Notes under the pieces: model-generated
The model's database searches: none
Told to the model about the DNA's origin: nothing
The model's input: the letters and a program-made list of their open reading frames with translations, nothing else
Source: Verrucomicrobiota bacterium
Lineage (GTDB): Bacteria; Verrucomicrobiota; Verrucomicrobiia; Opitutales; Cerasicoccaceae
DNA: 64,000 nt
Assembly (NCBI GenBank): GCA_039818205.1
Contig: JBCBUK010000002.1
Span: 224,001 to 288,000 of the forward strand
Direction: 5' to 3'
Program-made: the position numbers and the translations under genes
Shown: in pieces, positions 43,126 through 52,840 of the stretch
How the letters are laid out: every line of letters begins with the position of its first letter
Numbering within the stretch: position 1 is the first letter of the stretch

Positions 43126-43986
43126 ATGAAACTGACTAAGTCGATTACCATCGCTCTCCTAGCAGGAGCGACATCTATCAGTGCGTTCGCCGCTGGTGGT
43201 AAGCACACCACCAACATTGCGACTCGCATTTTCGAAGACAACGGCCGTAACGGCTGGGTTGCAGTTCGCGCTACCCACCGTGACATCGCTCTCGCTTCTG
43301 CGTCAGCTCTTAACTTCTCTTTGAACAACAACGGCCGCCAGGCTCGCCTTGTTCTTTTTGAAGCACAGACTGGTGAGTTCACTTTCTTCTGCGTAGAAGA
43401 TGGTCCAGTTAACAACGCGACCTACTATGCCTTGGGCGGTACCTTCTCTCTCGACGCTGCCGGTGTCCCAGACGATACTGGACCTTATCCACGTCCGGAC
43501 GCACAAAACACTGACCCAGACATTCCGTTCGCTGGTAACATGAGTGTTTCCCTTGGAACCGAGGGCGAGTTCGTTGCTGGACCAGCAACTGGTAACGGTG
43601 TTGCTAACGAGCCAACTCGTGGTGGCCCTGGCTTGTTCACTCTTGGTAATACCAATTCTGGTGATCGTAATGTAACTGAAGGCATCTTCCAGTTCGATTT
43701 CACCCCATTCGGTAACATTGTTAGCGAAGAAGGTTTTATTTTCGGTGGTAATGTCTTCACCAATGGTCGCACCCTCCGTGTTGCTGGTTCCACAATCGTT
43801 ACTGCTTTCGGTGGCGCACGTGGCACTCGTCTTCCAGGTGTTCTGATCGACGTCAATGGCGCAACTCTTACCGGTTACCCAACTGAGTCGAACTTCACAA
43901 TGATTTCTCGTGCACTCACGGACGAAGATTTCAAGACCATCTACGACAACGCTACTTACAACAATCTCTTCGAGCTTCTTCCTTAA
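43126..43986 (+). CDS. Hypothetical secreted protein with high-expression codon bias
   Basis: Signal peptide MKLTKSITIALLAGATSISAFA; Gly/Thr/Asn/Phe-rich; followed by a strong terminator. Confidence 0.8.
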   Translation: MKLTKSITIALLAGATSISAFAAGGKHTTNIATRIFEDNGRNGWVAVRATHRDIALASASALNFSLNNNGRQARLVLFEAQTGEFTFFCVEDGPVNNATYYALGGTFSLDAAGVPDDTGPYPRPDAQNTDPDIPFAGNMSVSLGTEGEFVAGPATGNGVANEPTRGGPGLFTLGNTNSGDRNVTEGIFQFDFTPFGNIVSEEGFIFGGNVFTNGRTLRVAGSTIVTAFGGARGTRLPGVLIDVNGATLTGYPTESNFTMISRALTDEDFKTIYDNATYNNLFELLP

Positions 43987-44019
43987 TCGAAGATTGTTGA
44001 AAGACGTTTAAGATTTCAT

Positions 44020-44050
44020 GCCGGGACGCAAACGCGTCCCGGTTTTTTTT
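44020..44050 (+). terminator. Intrinsic terminator
   Basis: gccgggacgc-aaac-gcgtcccggt followed by a T-run. Confidence 0.88.
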
Positions 44051-44116
44051 GTACGCATTTGCGAGCACGATCAGGTGTTGACGCCCCGGGTGTTGCGAGC
44101 CTGACTCTTCGGGATA

Positions 44117-45187
44117 ATGCTATATTACGACGCGACCAACAGTTTGCGTGCGAAGACGAAATCGGGTCTCCAGCGTGTGGCGCAGCGCCTTAGAGCCAGT
44201 TTGTCTCAGCAGATGCCGCTGGAGCCGGTGGTTTGGAGCAATCGCCAAGTCGGTTTTCTGGGCGCTGAGTCCAAACAGCGGATCTCATTTGGGGCGGGCG
44301 ATTGCCTCTTGGTCCCAGACTTGTTTTCGGAAGAGGATCGAGTTGGGTTCGGTGACTTTGTCAGCGGTTGCTCGGCATTTACCGTTGCGATATTTCATGA
44401 TGCTATCCCGCTCAAGTTCCCAGAGTTCACGTGGCCCCACTCAGTGCGGAAACATCCACGCTACATGAAAGACCTCGCCCGTTTTGACCGGGTGCTGGCG
44501 GTCTCCTCCCAAAGCCGAGATGAGCTCGTTGGCTATTGGCAGTGGACGGGCCTCGCTGACATGCCAAAGGCCGAGGTGGTCCCGTCTGGTGCCGACATAG
44601 ATGCCGATCGGCCGCGGAACCGGACGCCGCGCACGAACGTTGGTCGGCAGATTACTCAGATCGGTATTTTGGAGCCGCGAAAGAATCAGGTAGTTTCTCT
44701 GGCCGCAGCCCGCCTATTGAAGGCGCAGGGGGTCGATTTTGAGCTTGGTTTCATTGGCCGGGTTAACCCCCATTACGGAAAGCCGATCCAACAGGAGATC
44801 AAGCAAACGGCGAAAGCAGGTGTACCGGTGCGATACCATGGTCGGCTTTCGGATGCCGAGATGGCGGAGTTGATTAGTGCCACCCGATTGACGCTTTTGC
44901 CCTCTCGCGCCGAGGGTAATGGCCTGCCCGTATTGGAGTCGCTTTGGCAGGGCTTGCCGGTGATCTGTTCGCGTTTGCCGGTTGCGGTCGACTGGGCGAC
45001 GGGTGATGCGGTGCGCATCGTAGACCCGATGACTCCAGACGCACTGGCGGAGGCAATGCGCGAATGGCTCGAGGACGATGCTTCCTATCAGAAGGCGGTT
45101 CAAGCGGCATGCGCCATGGATTTGCCCACCTGGGAGGAATCTGCTACCGCGATTAAGGCCGTCGTCGAATGCGGCATCGCCGAATAA
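44117..45187 (+). CDS. Glycosyltransferase family 4 (GT-B)
   Basis: FHDAIPL, IGILEPRKNQ and PSRAEGNGLPVLES. Confidence 0.88.
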   Translation: MLYYDATNSLRAKTKSGLQRVAQRLRASLSQQMPLEPVVWSNRQVGFLGAESKQRISFGAGDCLLVPDLFSEEDRVGFGDFVSGCSAFTVAIFHDAIPLKFPEFTWPHSVRKHPRYMKDLARFDRVLAVSSQSRDELVGYWQWTGLADMPKAEVVPSGADIDADRPRNRTPRTNVGRQITQIGILEPRKNQVVSLAAARLLKAQGVDFELGFIGRVNPHYGKPIQQEIKQTAKAGVPVRYHGRLSDAEMAELISATRLTLLPSRAEGNGLPVLESLWQGLPVICSRLPVAVDWATGDAVRIVDPMTPDALAEAMREWLEDDASYQKAVQAACAMDLPTWEESATAIKAVVECGIAE

Positions 45188-45189
45188 GC

Positions 45190-46389
45190 TTAGATGCCGA
45201 CCTTCTTGGCGGCGTAGGCCATGGCTTCGGCGACGATCTCCAAGTCCTCCTCCGTATGGCGAGCCGACATGGAGGTGCGAATCAGGTCTTTGCCCGGAGG
45301 TACCGCTGGCGCAATCGACATGATCGAGAAAACGCCTTTTTCCAGGAGGGCTTGCCAGAAACGATAGGCCTTTTCCTTTTGCCCCATGATGATGGGCACA
45401 GCTGGGGTTTCCGATTCCCAGATGTCTAAGCCGAGTCCGCGGAGCAATTCCTTGTACCGCTTGGTGTTTTCCCAGAGTTGCTCATGGTGCTGGGGCTCGG
45501 TTTTCAAAATTTCGAGGGAGGCTGATGCTGCATAAGCCTGAGGGGGGCTTATGGCGGCAGAAAAGATGGTCTGCTTACTGTGCGTGCGCAGGTATTCGAT
45601 CACGTCTTTGGAGCCCGCGACAAAGCCGCCAGTGCTGCTCAACGACTTCGAAAAGCTGCCGGTGATAACATCGATTTCGTCTTCGAGGCCAAAATGCGCG
45701 GCGGTTCCGCGACCTCCGGGCCCAAGGACACCAAATCCATGAGCGTCGTCCATGACGTAAAAGCAGTTGTGCTCCCGACAAACGTCAACGATCTCAGGCA
45801 CGCGGCCAATATGGCCTTCCATGGAGTAAACGCCCTCAAATACAACGATTTTCGGCGTGTCGGGCTTCTCGAAGGAGAGCACTTCCTTGAGGTCGGTCGG
45901 ATTGTTGTGTGCGAATCGCTCGACCTGAGCCTGAGTCAGGCCGATGCCCGCCCAAAGTGACGAGTGCACATTCTTATCGACGACGATAATGTCGCCCTTC
46001 TGCGCAAAGGATTGAACCGACGACATGCAAGAAATGTAACCCGCGACGCTGATGTGGCAGGCTTCTTTGCCGATAAAGTCAGCGAACTTTTCCTCGAGTT
46101 CGATGTGGAACTTGCGGCTGCCGTTGGCCAGACGCGCACCGGTCGTGCTGCTGCCCCATTCCTTCAGACCCTTTCCGGCGGCTTCGACGACTTTGGGGTG
46201 ATTGCTCAGACCAAGGTAGTCATTGCTGCAAAGCATGACGTATTCCTTGCCGTCTCGGATCACACGGGAGCCTGCCTGACGCTCGAAGGTGTGGTAGTAG
46301 GGGTTGTAGCGCTTGCGCAACCGGGTTACTTCGTCGTCCTGGCAGCGTTTGACGATGGAATTCTTGGCTTTCGTGAAAATCGACAGCAT
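45190..46389 (-). CDS. Alpha-oxoamine synthase family PLP enzyme, serine palmitoyltransferase-like
   Basis: SNDYLGL, GARLANG, HSS, EGVYSMEG, DDAHG, GSFSKS (PLP lysine) and FWQALL..GV....PAVP. Confidence 0.8.
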   Translation of the reverse strand: MLSIFTKAKNSIVKRCQDDEVTRLRKRYNPYYHTFERQAGSRVIRDGKEYVMLCSNDYLGLSNHPKVVEAAGKGLKEWGSSTTGARLANGSRKFHIELEEKFADFIGKEACHISVAGYISCMSSVQSFAQKGDIIVVDKNVHSSLWAGIGLTQAQVERFAHNNPTDLKEVLSFEKPDTPKIVVFEGVYSMEGHIGRVPEIVDVCREHNCFYVMDDAHGFGVLGPGGRGTAAHFGLEDEIDVITGSFSKSLSSTGGFVAGSKDVIEYLRTHSKQTIFSAAISPPQAYAASASLEILKTEPQHHEQLWENTKRYKELLRGLGLDIWESETPAVPIIMGQKEKAYRFWQALLEKGVFSIMSIAPAVPPGKDLIRTSMSARHTEEDLEIVAEAMAYAAKKVGI

Positions 46390-46554
46390 GAAACGTATAA
46401 AAGAAAAAAACCTAGTGGTTTTCTAGTCAGGTTAAAGTTAAAAGATTAGAGAATACTCCCCGTTTGCAAACATAGTCTGAGATTACTTTTGCTGTTTTGA
46501 GAACGCCGCGGATTAAAAAACGTTTCCATTTAGTCGGATTCTCCCAATTGTCCG

Positions 46555-47400
46555 ATGATGCCGGTTTGGTCGCGACTTGTCCCAGGAAAACAGTGGTCCC
46601 TCTTTGCAGGGAAGGTTTCGGGCATGCCAGCGAGCTTTGCGGACCTTCAAGAGCTGCGCCCTCCAGGGGATCGTTCCTGGGCTGACCCCTTTCCGATAAT
46701 TCGTGACGAGCGTTGTTGGATTTTCTTCGAAGAGGTCATCCACCACCCCAAAAAGGGGCGCCTCGCGGTAATGGAGCTGTTTGCTGATGGTTCGCTGGGA
46801 GCAATTGATGTCATTCTCGATAAACCATACCATCTTTCATACCCATTTGTTTTCGAATTCGATGGCGCCTGGTGGATGATTCCCGAGTCCCGACAAAATC
46901 GAACCGTGGACCTTTATCGCTGTGAGGAGTGGCCCGCAAAATGGGCCTACGAGAAAACGATCATCTCCGGCGAGGAGATTGTCGACGCAACCCTGTGGGA
47001 GCACGGGGGGTGCTGGTGGCTCTTTGGTGGGGTGCCGGAGCAAAAGGGGGGCAACGCCTCGGGTTTGTTGGATCTCTTTTGGGCGGATTCGCCGCTCTCG
47101 GATCAGTGGACGCCGCATCCTCAATGCCCAGTGATTGCGGGGAACGATTGCTCGCGGCCAGCGGGCAAAGTCTTTCGCCACGACGGCAAGTTGATTCGTC
47201 CAGCCCAGGATTGTTCGGTGCGCTACGGCTACGCGGTGAAAATGATGCAGATCGAGGAACTCACCCCCGATTGCTACCGAGAGACCGAAATCCAGACCTA
47301 CCTACCTGATTTTGCTCCGGGTCTCCGCGCCACTCACACCTTCAACCGCGCGGAAGACTGGCTCCTTGCCGACGGTGCCCGCCGCATCTGGCCGGGCTAG
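46555..47400 (+). CDS. Beta-propeller protein resembling the N-terminal domain of glucosamine inositolphosphorylceramide transferase (GINT1)
   Basis: WADPF, IFFEE, HLSYPFVF, MIPES, DAT, RPAG, RPAQDC and HT. Confidence 0.7.
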   Translation: MMPVWSRLVPGKQWSLFAGKVSGMPASFADLQELRPPGDRSWADPFPIIRDERCWIFFEEVIHHPKKGRLAVMELFADGSLGAIDVILDKPYHLSYPFVFEFDGAWWMIPESRQNRTVDLYRCEEWPAKWAYEKTIISGEEIVDATLWEHGGCWWLFGGVPEQKGGNASGLLDLFWADSPLSDQWTPHPQCPVIAGNDCSRPAGKVFRHDGKLIRPAQDCSVRYGYAVKMMQIEELTPDCYRETEIQTYLPDFAPGLRATHTFNRAEDWLLADGARRIWPG

Positions 47401-48492
47401 TTAAATTGCGGTGCGACGCTTTTTGAGGAGGCGCTCGAAGAGGTCGAGGTAGCGGTCGGCGTTGTCGCCGGACTGGAATTTTTGCTGGGCAAATTGGCGG
47501 GCCCGCTGGCTCATATTGGCGCGGAGTCGCTGGTCGTCGACGAGTAGCCCAAGCTTGTCCCGGAACTCGTCGTCGTCGTTGAGCGGGACCGCGTAGCCGC
47601 TGAGGTCCGGCAGAAAGCACTCACGGACGCCTCCCGTACAATAAGCGACCACCGGAAGCGCGCACCATTGAGCTTCGACTAGGGCATTGGGCTGAGACTC
47701 TTTCTGCGAAGCGAAAACGGCGAGGTCTGCCGCACAAAGGAGTGGGAAGGGATCGGGGACGTTTCCGAAAAAGGTCACGTGATTTTCTAGGCCAAGTTCG
47801 CGGCAGGTGGACTCGCATTCACGGCGGGTGGGGCCATCGCCAGCTAGCCAGAGGCGCCAATTTTCGCTGGGGCGATAGGCGCCAAGGGCTTTGATGAGCT
47901 CGGCATGCCCTTTACCCGGCCGGAACGTGGCGACTTTGATGAAAATATTGGCGTCGCCAACCTCATGTTCGTCCCGGGTTTGTTCGCGAAGCTCGGCGCG
48001 TTTAGACCAGTCCCAGTTGCGGCCAACGGCGTTTGGGGCAACGAGCACACGGTCATGCGCGACACCGATTTCCTTAGCCCGCTCGGCGGTCCACTGCGCA
48101 TTGCAAACGACGGCGTCGTCGACACATAAACTTTTCTCGTAGGGGGGCGGGATAGCATTCCCCGTCCGCAGCGTGCCGACGATAACGGATTCCGGTGTGC
48201 GTTGTTTCAGGCGCATACCACGGCTGTTGGCAACCTTGCCCATCAGCAAAATAATGTCCGGTTTCTCGTTGCGTAGTGTCGTGGTTAGCCCCGGTGTCCA
48301 GATGTTGAGGTGGGTATCGACCGGCTGGAGCTCAATACGTCTGGCTTTGAGTCCTCCGCTGAGCGGACCGCCCGGGCGGAAGGTCACGACAAAGCAGTCA
48401 TGCCCCGCCGCCGCAAATCGGTTCGCCAAATGAACCGTATGTTTTTCAGTCCCGCCGGTGCGCAACCAATCCTGGAGAATCGCAATTTTCAC
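47401..48492 (-). CDS. Glycosyltransferase family 4 (GT-B)
   Basis: GGTEKH, VATFRPGKGH, GDGP and ESQPNALVEA. Confidence 0.88.
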   Translation of the reverse strand: MKIAILQDWLRTGGTEKHTVHLANRFAAAGHDCFVVTFRPGGPLSGGLKARRIELQPVDTHLNIWTPGLTTTLRNEKPDIILLMGKVANSRGMRLKQRTPESVIVGTLRTGNAIPPPYEKSLCVDDAVVCNAQWTAERAKEIGVAHDRVLVAPNAVGRNWDWSKRAELREQTRDEHEVGDANIFIKVATFRPGKGHAELIKALGAYRPSENWRLWLAGDGPTRRECESTCRELGLENHVTFFGNVPDPFPLLCAADLAVFASQKESQPNALVEAQWCALPVVAYCTGGVRECFLPDLSGYAVPLNDDDEFRDKLGLLVDDQRLRANMSQRARQFAQQKFQSGDNADRYLDLFERLLKKRRTAI

Positions 48493-49298
48493 AGCTTGTA
48501 GTAAGCTCGCATCACGCGTTCGGTCAGGTTCCAGGTGCTGAGTCGGATTAGCAACGGAGCAATCGTTGCTTGAAAGAGGTCGCCACTAATCACGCTATCG
48601 CTTTTGCCCTTTGCGAGCGCTTTGCGCAGGTCGCGGGCGGCGCGATCGGGAGTCGGAGCCGCATTGAGATTCTTATCAACGCTTTCCCAGGCTTGAAGGA
48701 GGCGCCCGTCGAGGTCGGCGGGGCGTTTCGAGGCATTGTTGAACCCAGTTTTGTAGTCACCCGGTTGAAAATCTATCACCGCTACGCCGCTACCAGCGCA
48801 TTCGGTTTGCAAGCTGCGTGTAAAATTGGAGAGCCCCGCTTTTGCGGCATTATAGAGACTGAAGTAGGGCAGGGGAAACTCGCGAGCGAGCGATGCGACA
48901 TTCACGATGACACCGCTGCCGCGGGCAAGCATATGCGGGTAAAACTGGTGGCATAACGCGATCGGGCCATGTAAGAGCACCCGTAGCTGCTGGCCGATAT
49001 CGCCCGGGTCTATATCCTCAAATGCGCCAAAAACGCCGTTGCCCGCATTGTTTACCAGAATATCAAGTTCCTGGAAAAGTGGGCCCATACCGCGGGAAAA
49101 TGCTTCCATGCTGCGCCCATCGCCAAGATCCAGCGCGACGGGGTGCAGGTTTTCGTGCTCCGGTAGGCGGGTTCCATCACGGCTCGTTGCCCAGACCTCG
49201 ACTCCCTCCGCCAATAGCATTTCGGCAAACGCACGGCCCAGGCCTGAGCTCGCGCCCGTGACCAGTGCACTCTTATAGCGTTGTGACAAAGGTTGCAT
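48489..49298 (-). CDS. Short-chain dehydrogenase/reductase
   Basis: TGASSGLG, LVNNAG, NVASLA and YNAAK; start placed at ATG 49298; overlaps the next GT by 4 bp. Confidence 0.9.
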   Translation of the reverse strand: MQPLSQRYKSALVTGASSGLGRAFAEMLLAEGVEVWATSRDGTRLPEHENLHPVALDLGDGRSMEAFSRGMGPLFQELDILVNNAGNGVFGAFEDIDPGDIGQQLRVLLHGPIALCHQFYPHMLARGSGVIVNVASLAREFPLPYFSLYNAAKAGLSNFTRSLQTECAGSGVAVIDFQPGDYKTGFNNASKRPADLDGRLLQAWESVDKNLNAAPTPDRAARDLRKALAKGKSDSVISGDLFQATIAPLLIRLSTWNLTERVMRAYYKL

Positions 49299-49338
49299 AA
49301 ACGGGGGATGCTCCCCTAAGTTCCGCGACTGGTCAATC

Positions 49339-50481
49339 GTGATGTCATCAACAAAATCCACACCCATATTACTGGTCACGCATGAGTTCTTTCCGAAGCG
49401 CGGGGGTATCGCCACCTATGCCGAAGAGATGGCATTGGCGGCTCAGGCAGAGGGACTTTCGGTCGACGTTTGGGCGTCGGCTCGCCCCGGCTGGGATGGC
49501 CGCGAGACATCCTTCGCCCTGAAGCCAATTTGGAATAATGGGCGCCTGGGTTGGCCCTGTCGACTGGCGACCGCGAAGGTGCTTCGTGCGGACGCGGAAC
49601 AGGTGCGTGAGAGCATTCTCTACCTGCCGGAACCGGGGCCGATGATGACGCTACTCTACTCATCGTTCCTTGGTTTGCCTGACCCTCGACGGTTGGTACT
49701 GACCTTGCATGGGACCGAAATTTTGCGTTTTGCGAGAACACCGCATCGACGCTGGTTGTTCGCGAAACTATTGAAGCGGGCGGATCGCATTGGCGTTGTT
49801 TCCGAGTTTAACGAGAATCTCTTGCGGGAGACGTTTCCCTCAGTGGAAGCCGAGAAAATTCGGGTAGTTCCGGGTGCGCTACGCCATGACTTCGCAGATC
49901 CGCCAAAGCGGAAACGTGCGGTGGATGATGGCAAGGTGCGAGTCATTACGGTTAGCCGAATTCACCCACGGAAAGGACAGCATTACGTGATTGAAGCGTT
50001 GGCAGGTATGCCGAAAGAGCTTCTCAAGAAAGTCGAGTACCACATTGTTGGCCCGATCGTAAAATCCTATTACGCGGATGAATTGAAAGCCAAGGCGCAA
50101 GAGGCCGGTTTCCCGGTGATCTTTGTGGGTGAGGTGAATGATGCCGATCTGCCGCAGCACTATGCCGATGCGGATATTTTCGCGATGACGAGTATCCAGA
50201 GCGGGATCAGTGTCGAGGGATTTGGCCTCGTTTATTTGGAGGCCGCCGTTTGCGGTTTGCCGGTCGTTGCCCACAGCACGGGCGGTGTTCCCGAGGCGGT
50301 GCGCCACGGGAAGAGCGGATTCTTGGCCGAGCCGGGCGATACTAAAACGCTGCAGAAGTATTTCGAAGACCTGATTGGCTCGGCTGACCTCCGGCAGTCA
50401 ATGGCCGATGCGGGAAAAGCCCGCGCGGCCGAACTTTCCTGGGCCTACAATGTGCGGGCACACTTCGACGGCTTGGATTGA
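49339..50481 (+). CDS. Glycosyltransferase family 4 (GT-B)
   Basis: HEFFPKRGGIATY, SRIHPRKG and EGFGLVYLEA. Confidence 0.9.
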   Translation: MMSSTKSTPILLVTHEFFPKRGGIATYAEEMALAAQAEGLSVDVWASARPGWDGRETSFALKPIWNNGRLGWPCRLATAKVLRADAEQVRESILYLPEPGPMMTLLYSSFLGLPDPRRLVLTLHGTEILRFARTPHRRWLFAKLLKRADRIGVVSEFNENLLRETFPSVEAEKIRVVPGALRHDFADPPKRKRAVDDGKVRVITVSRIHPRKGQHYVIEALAGMPKELLKKVEYHIVGPIVKSYYADELKAKAQEAGFPVIFVGEVNDADLPQHYADADIFAMTSIQSGISVEGFGLVYLEAAVCGLPVVAHSTGGVPEAVRHGKSGFLAEPGDTKTLQKYFEDLIGSADLRQSMADAGKARAAELSWAYNVRAHFDGLD

Positions 50482-51497
50482 TGCTGGGATATCTGCTCCG
50501 CAAATCGCTTTTACTGCTGGTGCTGTTTTTGACGGCTAGCGGTCTGCTATTCGTGGCGAGTCGCGCGGCTCTGGGGGATGGTATTCTCTTGGCGCAGAAA
50601 GTGCCGGATCCCGAACGCGCTGCACAGATCGAAGAGGCGCTGGGATTAAATGATCCGCTGCCGATTCAATATATCGCCTATCTTCGCAATTTCGTGTCCG
50701 GGGCGTGGGGCGCCAGCCTAATCAACCAGCGGTCGGTGCGCGGGGAGGTGAGCCAGCGTTTGCCCGCGACATTGGAGTTGGCTATCTCCGCTTTGATCAT
50801 CGGCGTCATCGTGGGAGTCGGAACGACCTTGCTGGCGGAGGCCCTGCCGGGGACTTGGGTGAAGCGTCTGCCGGAGGCTTTGGGCGCTCTTGGGCTGACG
50901 GTTCCCATTTTTTGGTTGGGATTTCTTTTGATTATCGTTGGGGCGGTTTGGCTGGACTGGTTCCCGGCGTCGGGGCGCTTTGACTTTACGCTGAGTCGTC
51001 CCAGCGGGACAGGCTTTTTGATTATAGACAGCCTGGCCTCGGGAAGCGGCGAGGCGTTGCTGTCTGCCCTTAAACATTTAGCGCTGCCAGCGGTGTGTTT
51101 GTCGTTTTTTCCGGCGGCAGTGGTCAGTGGTTTGTTGCGGGCTCGATTGCAGGAGCCCCAGTGGCAGCGTTTGCAAATTGCGCTGCGAGCAAAGGGATTG
51201 TCTGCCTCGAGCATCTCGCTAAAGCATGGCCTTCGGCTGTTGGGGGCACCCCTGGTAATTGCTCTCGGGACGAGCGTCGGCCTTTTGCTGGGCGGGTCGG
51301 TGCTTACTGAAACCGTATTTGCCTGGCCGGGGATGGGACGCTATTTAGTGGGAGCGGTGCTTGATCGCGACCTATTCGTAATCCAGTATGCTTTGCTGCT
51401 GGTAATGCTGTTGATCTTTGCGTCCGTTTGGCTATCCGAGATTCTGGCAGCCGTTTTGAACCCTCGATTGACCCAGGGAGGTGGCGATGAAGATTAA
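50478..51497 (+). CDS. Peptide/nickel ABC transporter permease (DppB-like)
   Basis: LGLNDPLPIQY, RLPATLELA and ETVFAWPGMG. Confidence 0.88.
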   Translation: MMLGYLLRKSLLLLVLFLTASGLLFVASRAALGDGILLAQKVPDPERAAQIEEALGLNDPLPIQYIAYLRNFVSGAWGASLINQRSVRGEVSQRLPATLELAISALIIGVIVGVGTTLLAEALPGTWVKRLPEALGALGLTVPIFWLGFLLIIVGAVWLDWFPASGRFDFTLSRPSGTGFLIIDSLASGSGEALLSALKHLALPAVCLSFFPAAVVSGLLRARLQEPQWQRLQIALRAKGLSASSISLKHGLRLLGAPLVIALGTSVGLLLGGSVLTETVFAWPGMGRYLVGAVLDRDLFVIQYALLLVMLLIFASVWLSEILAAVLNPRLTQGGGDED

Positions 51498-52251
51498 CTA
51501 TTGGTTATTCGCCGTCGCACTCATTGCGTTGGTCGGTTTGGTTTGGACGCCCTATGATCCCTTGGCGCAGGAATTTCGCGATTTGCGACTCGGCGGTTTT
51601 TCGGTTGCTCATCCGGTGGGGGTCGATGGGCTGGGACGCGATGTCTTCAGCCGGCTCTGGCGAGGCCTCGGGAATACGGCGATGTTGTCGCTTGCGGCCC
51701 TTGCGTTGAACTTCCTGGTGGCGACGATAATCTTGGTTCTCGAGCGTTCGACTGGGCGGTTGGGGCGCGCGATTATTCCCCTGATTGCGGCAGTGTGGCT
51801 TGGCTTGCCGGTTATTTTTCTGAGTTTGATTTTGTTAGTCTTTTTGCCGCCAGGGGCTGCGACCTTGGTGTTGGCGGTTGCTTTGGGCAATACACCAATG
51901 ACTTATCGGCAGCTACGTATTTCGTGGCGAGAACAGCGTCGAGCCCAATACGTGGAGGCCAGTATGGCGCTTGGCGCACGTGGTTGGCCTATGTTTCGCC
52001 GGACACTTTGGCCGAACTTGGCACCTGATATCGCGGCTTTAGCTCGGTTGATTTTTGCGCTAGGTGCCTTGGAGTTGAGCGGCCTGGCCTTCCTTGGGCT
52101 GATCGGTGACCCGGACTTTCCGGAGCTGGGGGCCATGCTACGACAGTATCAGCCGTTTCTCAGTCAGGCACCATGGCTCGTGCTCGCGCCGGGTGTTCTC
52201 TTGAGCTCGCTCTTATTTGTCGTCCATCAGCGCAAGCCGGAGGAGCGTTAA
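51481..52251 (+). CDS. Peptide/nickel ABC transporter permease (DppC-like)
   Basis: HPVGVDGLGRDVFSRL, YVEASMALGA and LAFLGL. Confidence 0.86.
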   Translation: MAMKINYWLFAVALIALVGLVWTPYDPLAQEFRDLRLGGFSVAHPVGVDGLGRDVFSRLWRGLGNTAMLSLAALALNFLVATIILVLERSTGRLGRAIIPLIAAVWLGLPVIFLSLILLVFLPPGAATLVLAVALGNTPMTYRQLRISWREQRRAQYVEASMALGARGWPMFRRTLWPNLAPDIAALARLIFALGALELSGLAFLGLIGDPDFPELGAMLRQYQPFLSQAPWLVLAPGVLLSSLLFVVHQRKPEER

Positions 52252-52252
52252 C

Positions 52253-52738
52253 TTAGCCATGGCCATCCCAACCCATGTCTTTGTGGGCGATTGTCACTTC
52301 TTTCAGGCCGTCGAGCGGTCCCTTGTTTTGCGGCGTCCCAAAACGATGGATCAATGCGATGATGAGTAACACCCATTTCGGCATGCCGGAATGGTTTAGT
52401 TCGATCGATTGGGAAACACGGGTTGATTCCTTATTCAGAGGTTTCAGTTCGTAGCGCTCATCAATGTAGGTTTTCTTCTCACTGACGATATGGTGGCGAA
52501 CAACCAGGAGTTTCATGGCGTCCATTTCCAGGACTTCGCATTGGGCCTCGGTGGGCTTAGAATTGAGTTCGAAGGACGCATTAAACCGATCGCCTTTGCG
52601 CATGGGGCGTCCGAGCGCCTGGGCATTTTTGCAATGCGGGTTCCAAAGCTCCATGAGTTCCGGGTACTCGAGCGTGCTCCAAATATCGCTGGGTGGAAGC
52701 GGGATATCGATCTGGGAGTGGATCTTGGACGACAGCAT
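52253..52738 (-). CDS. SRPBCC/polyketide cyclase-like protein
   Basis: IDIPLPPSDIW...WNP and the C-terminal helix LDGLK; start placed at ATG 52738. Confidence 0.7.
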   Translation of the reverse strand: MLSSKIHSQIDIPLPPSDIWSTLEYPELMELWNPHCKNAQALGRPMRKGDRFNASFELNSKPTEAQCEVLEMDAMKLLVVRHHIVSEKKTYIDERYELKPLNKESTRVSQSIELNHSGMPKWVLLIIALIHRFGTPQNKGPLDGLKEVTIAHKDMGWDGHG

Positions 52739-52840
52739 GACGGAATTATGGCTTGCTAAGCCTTTGAGAAAACGATCTTCGTAGTCAGTCTTTCGAGCCC
52801 TATGCGGGGCCAAACTATTAGTGCAACCCTACGCCTCACC

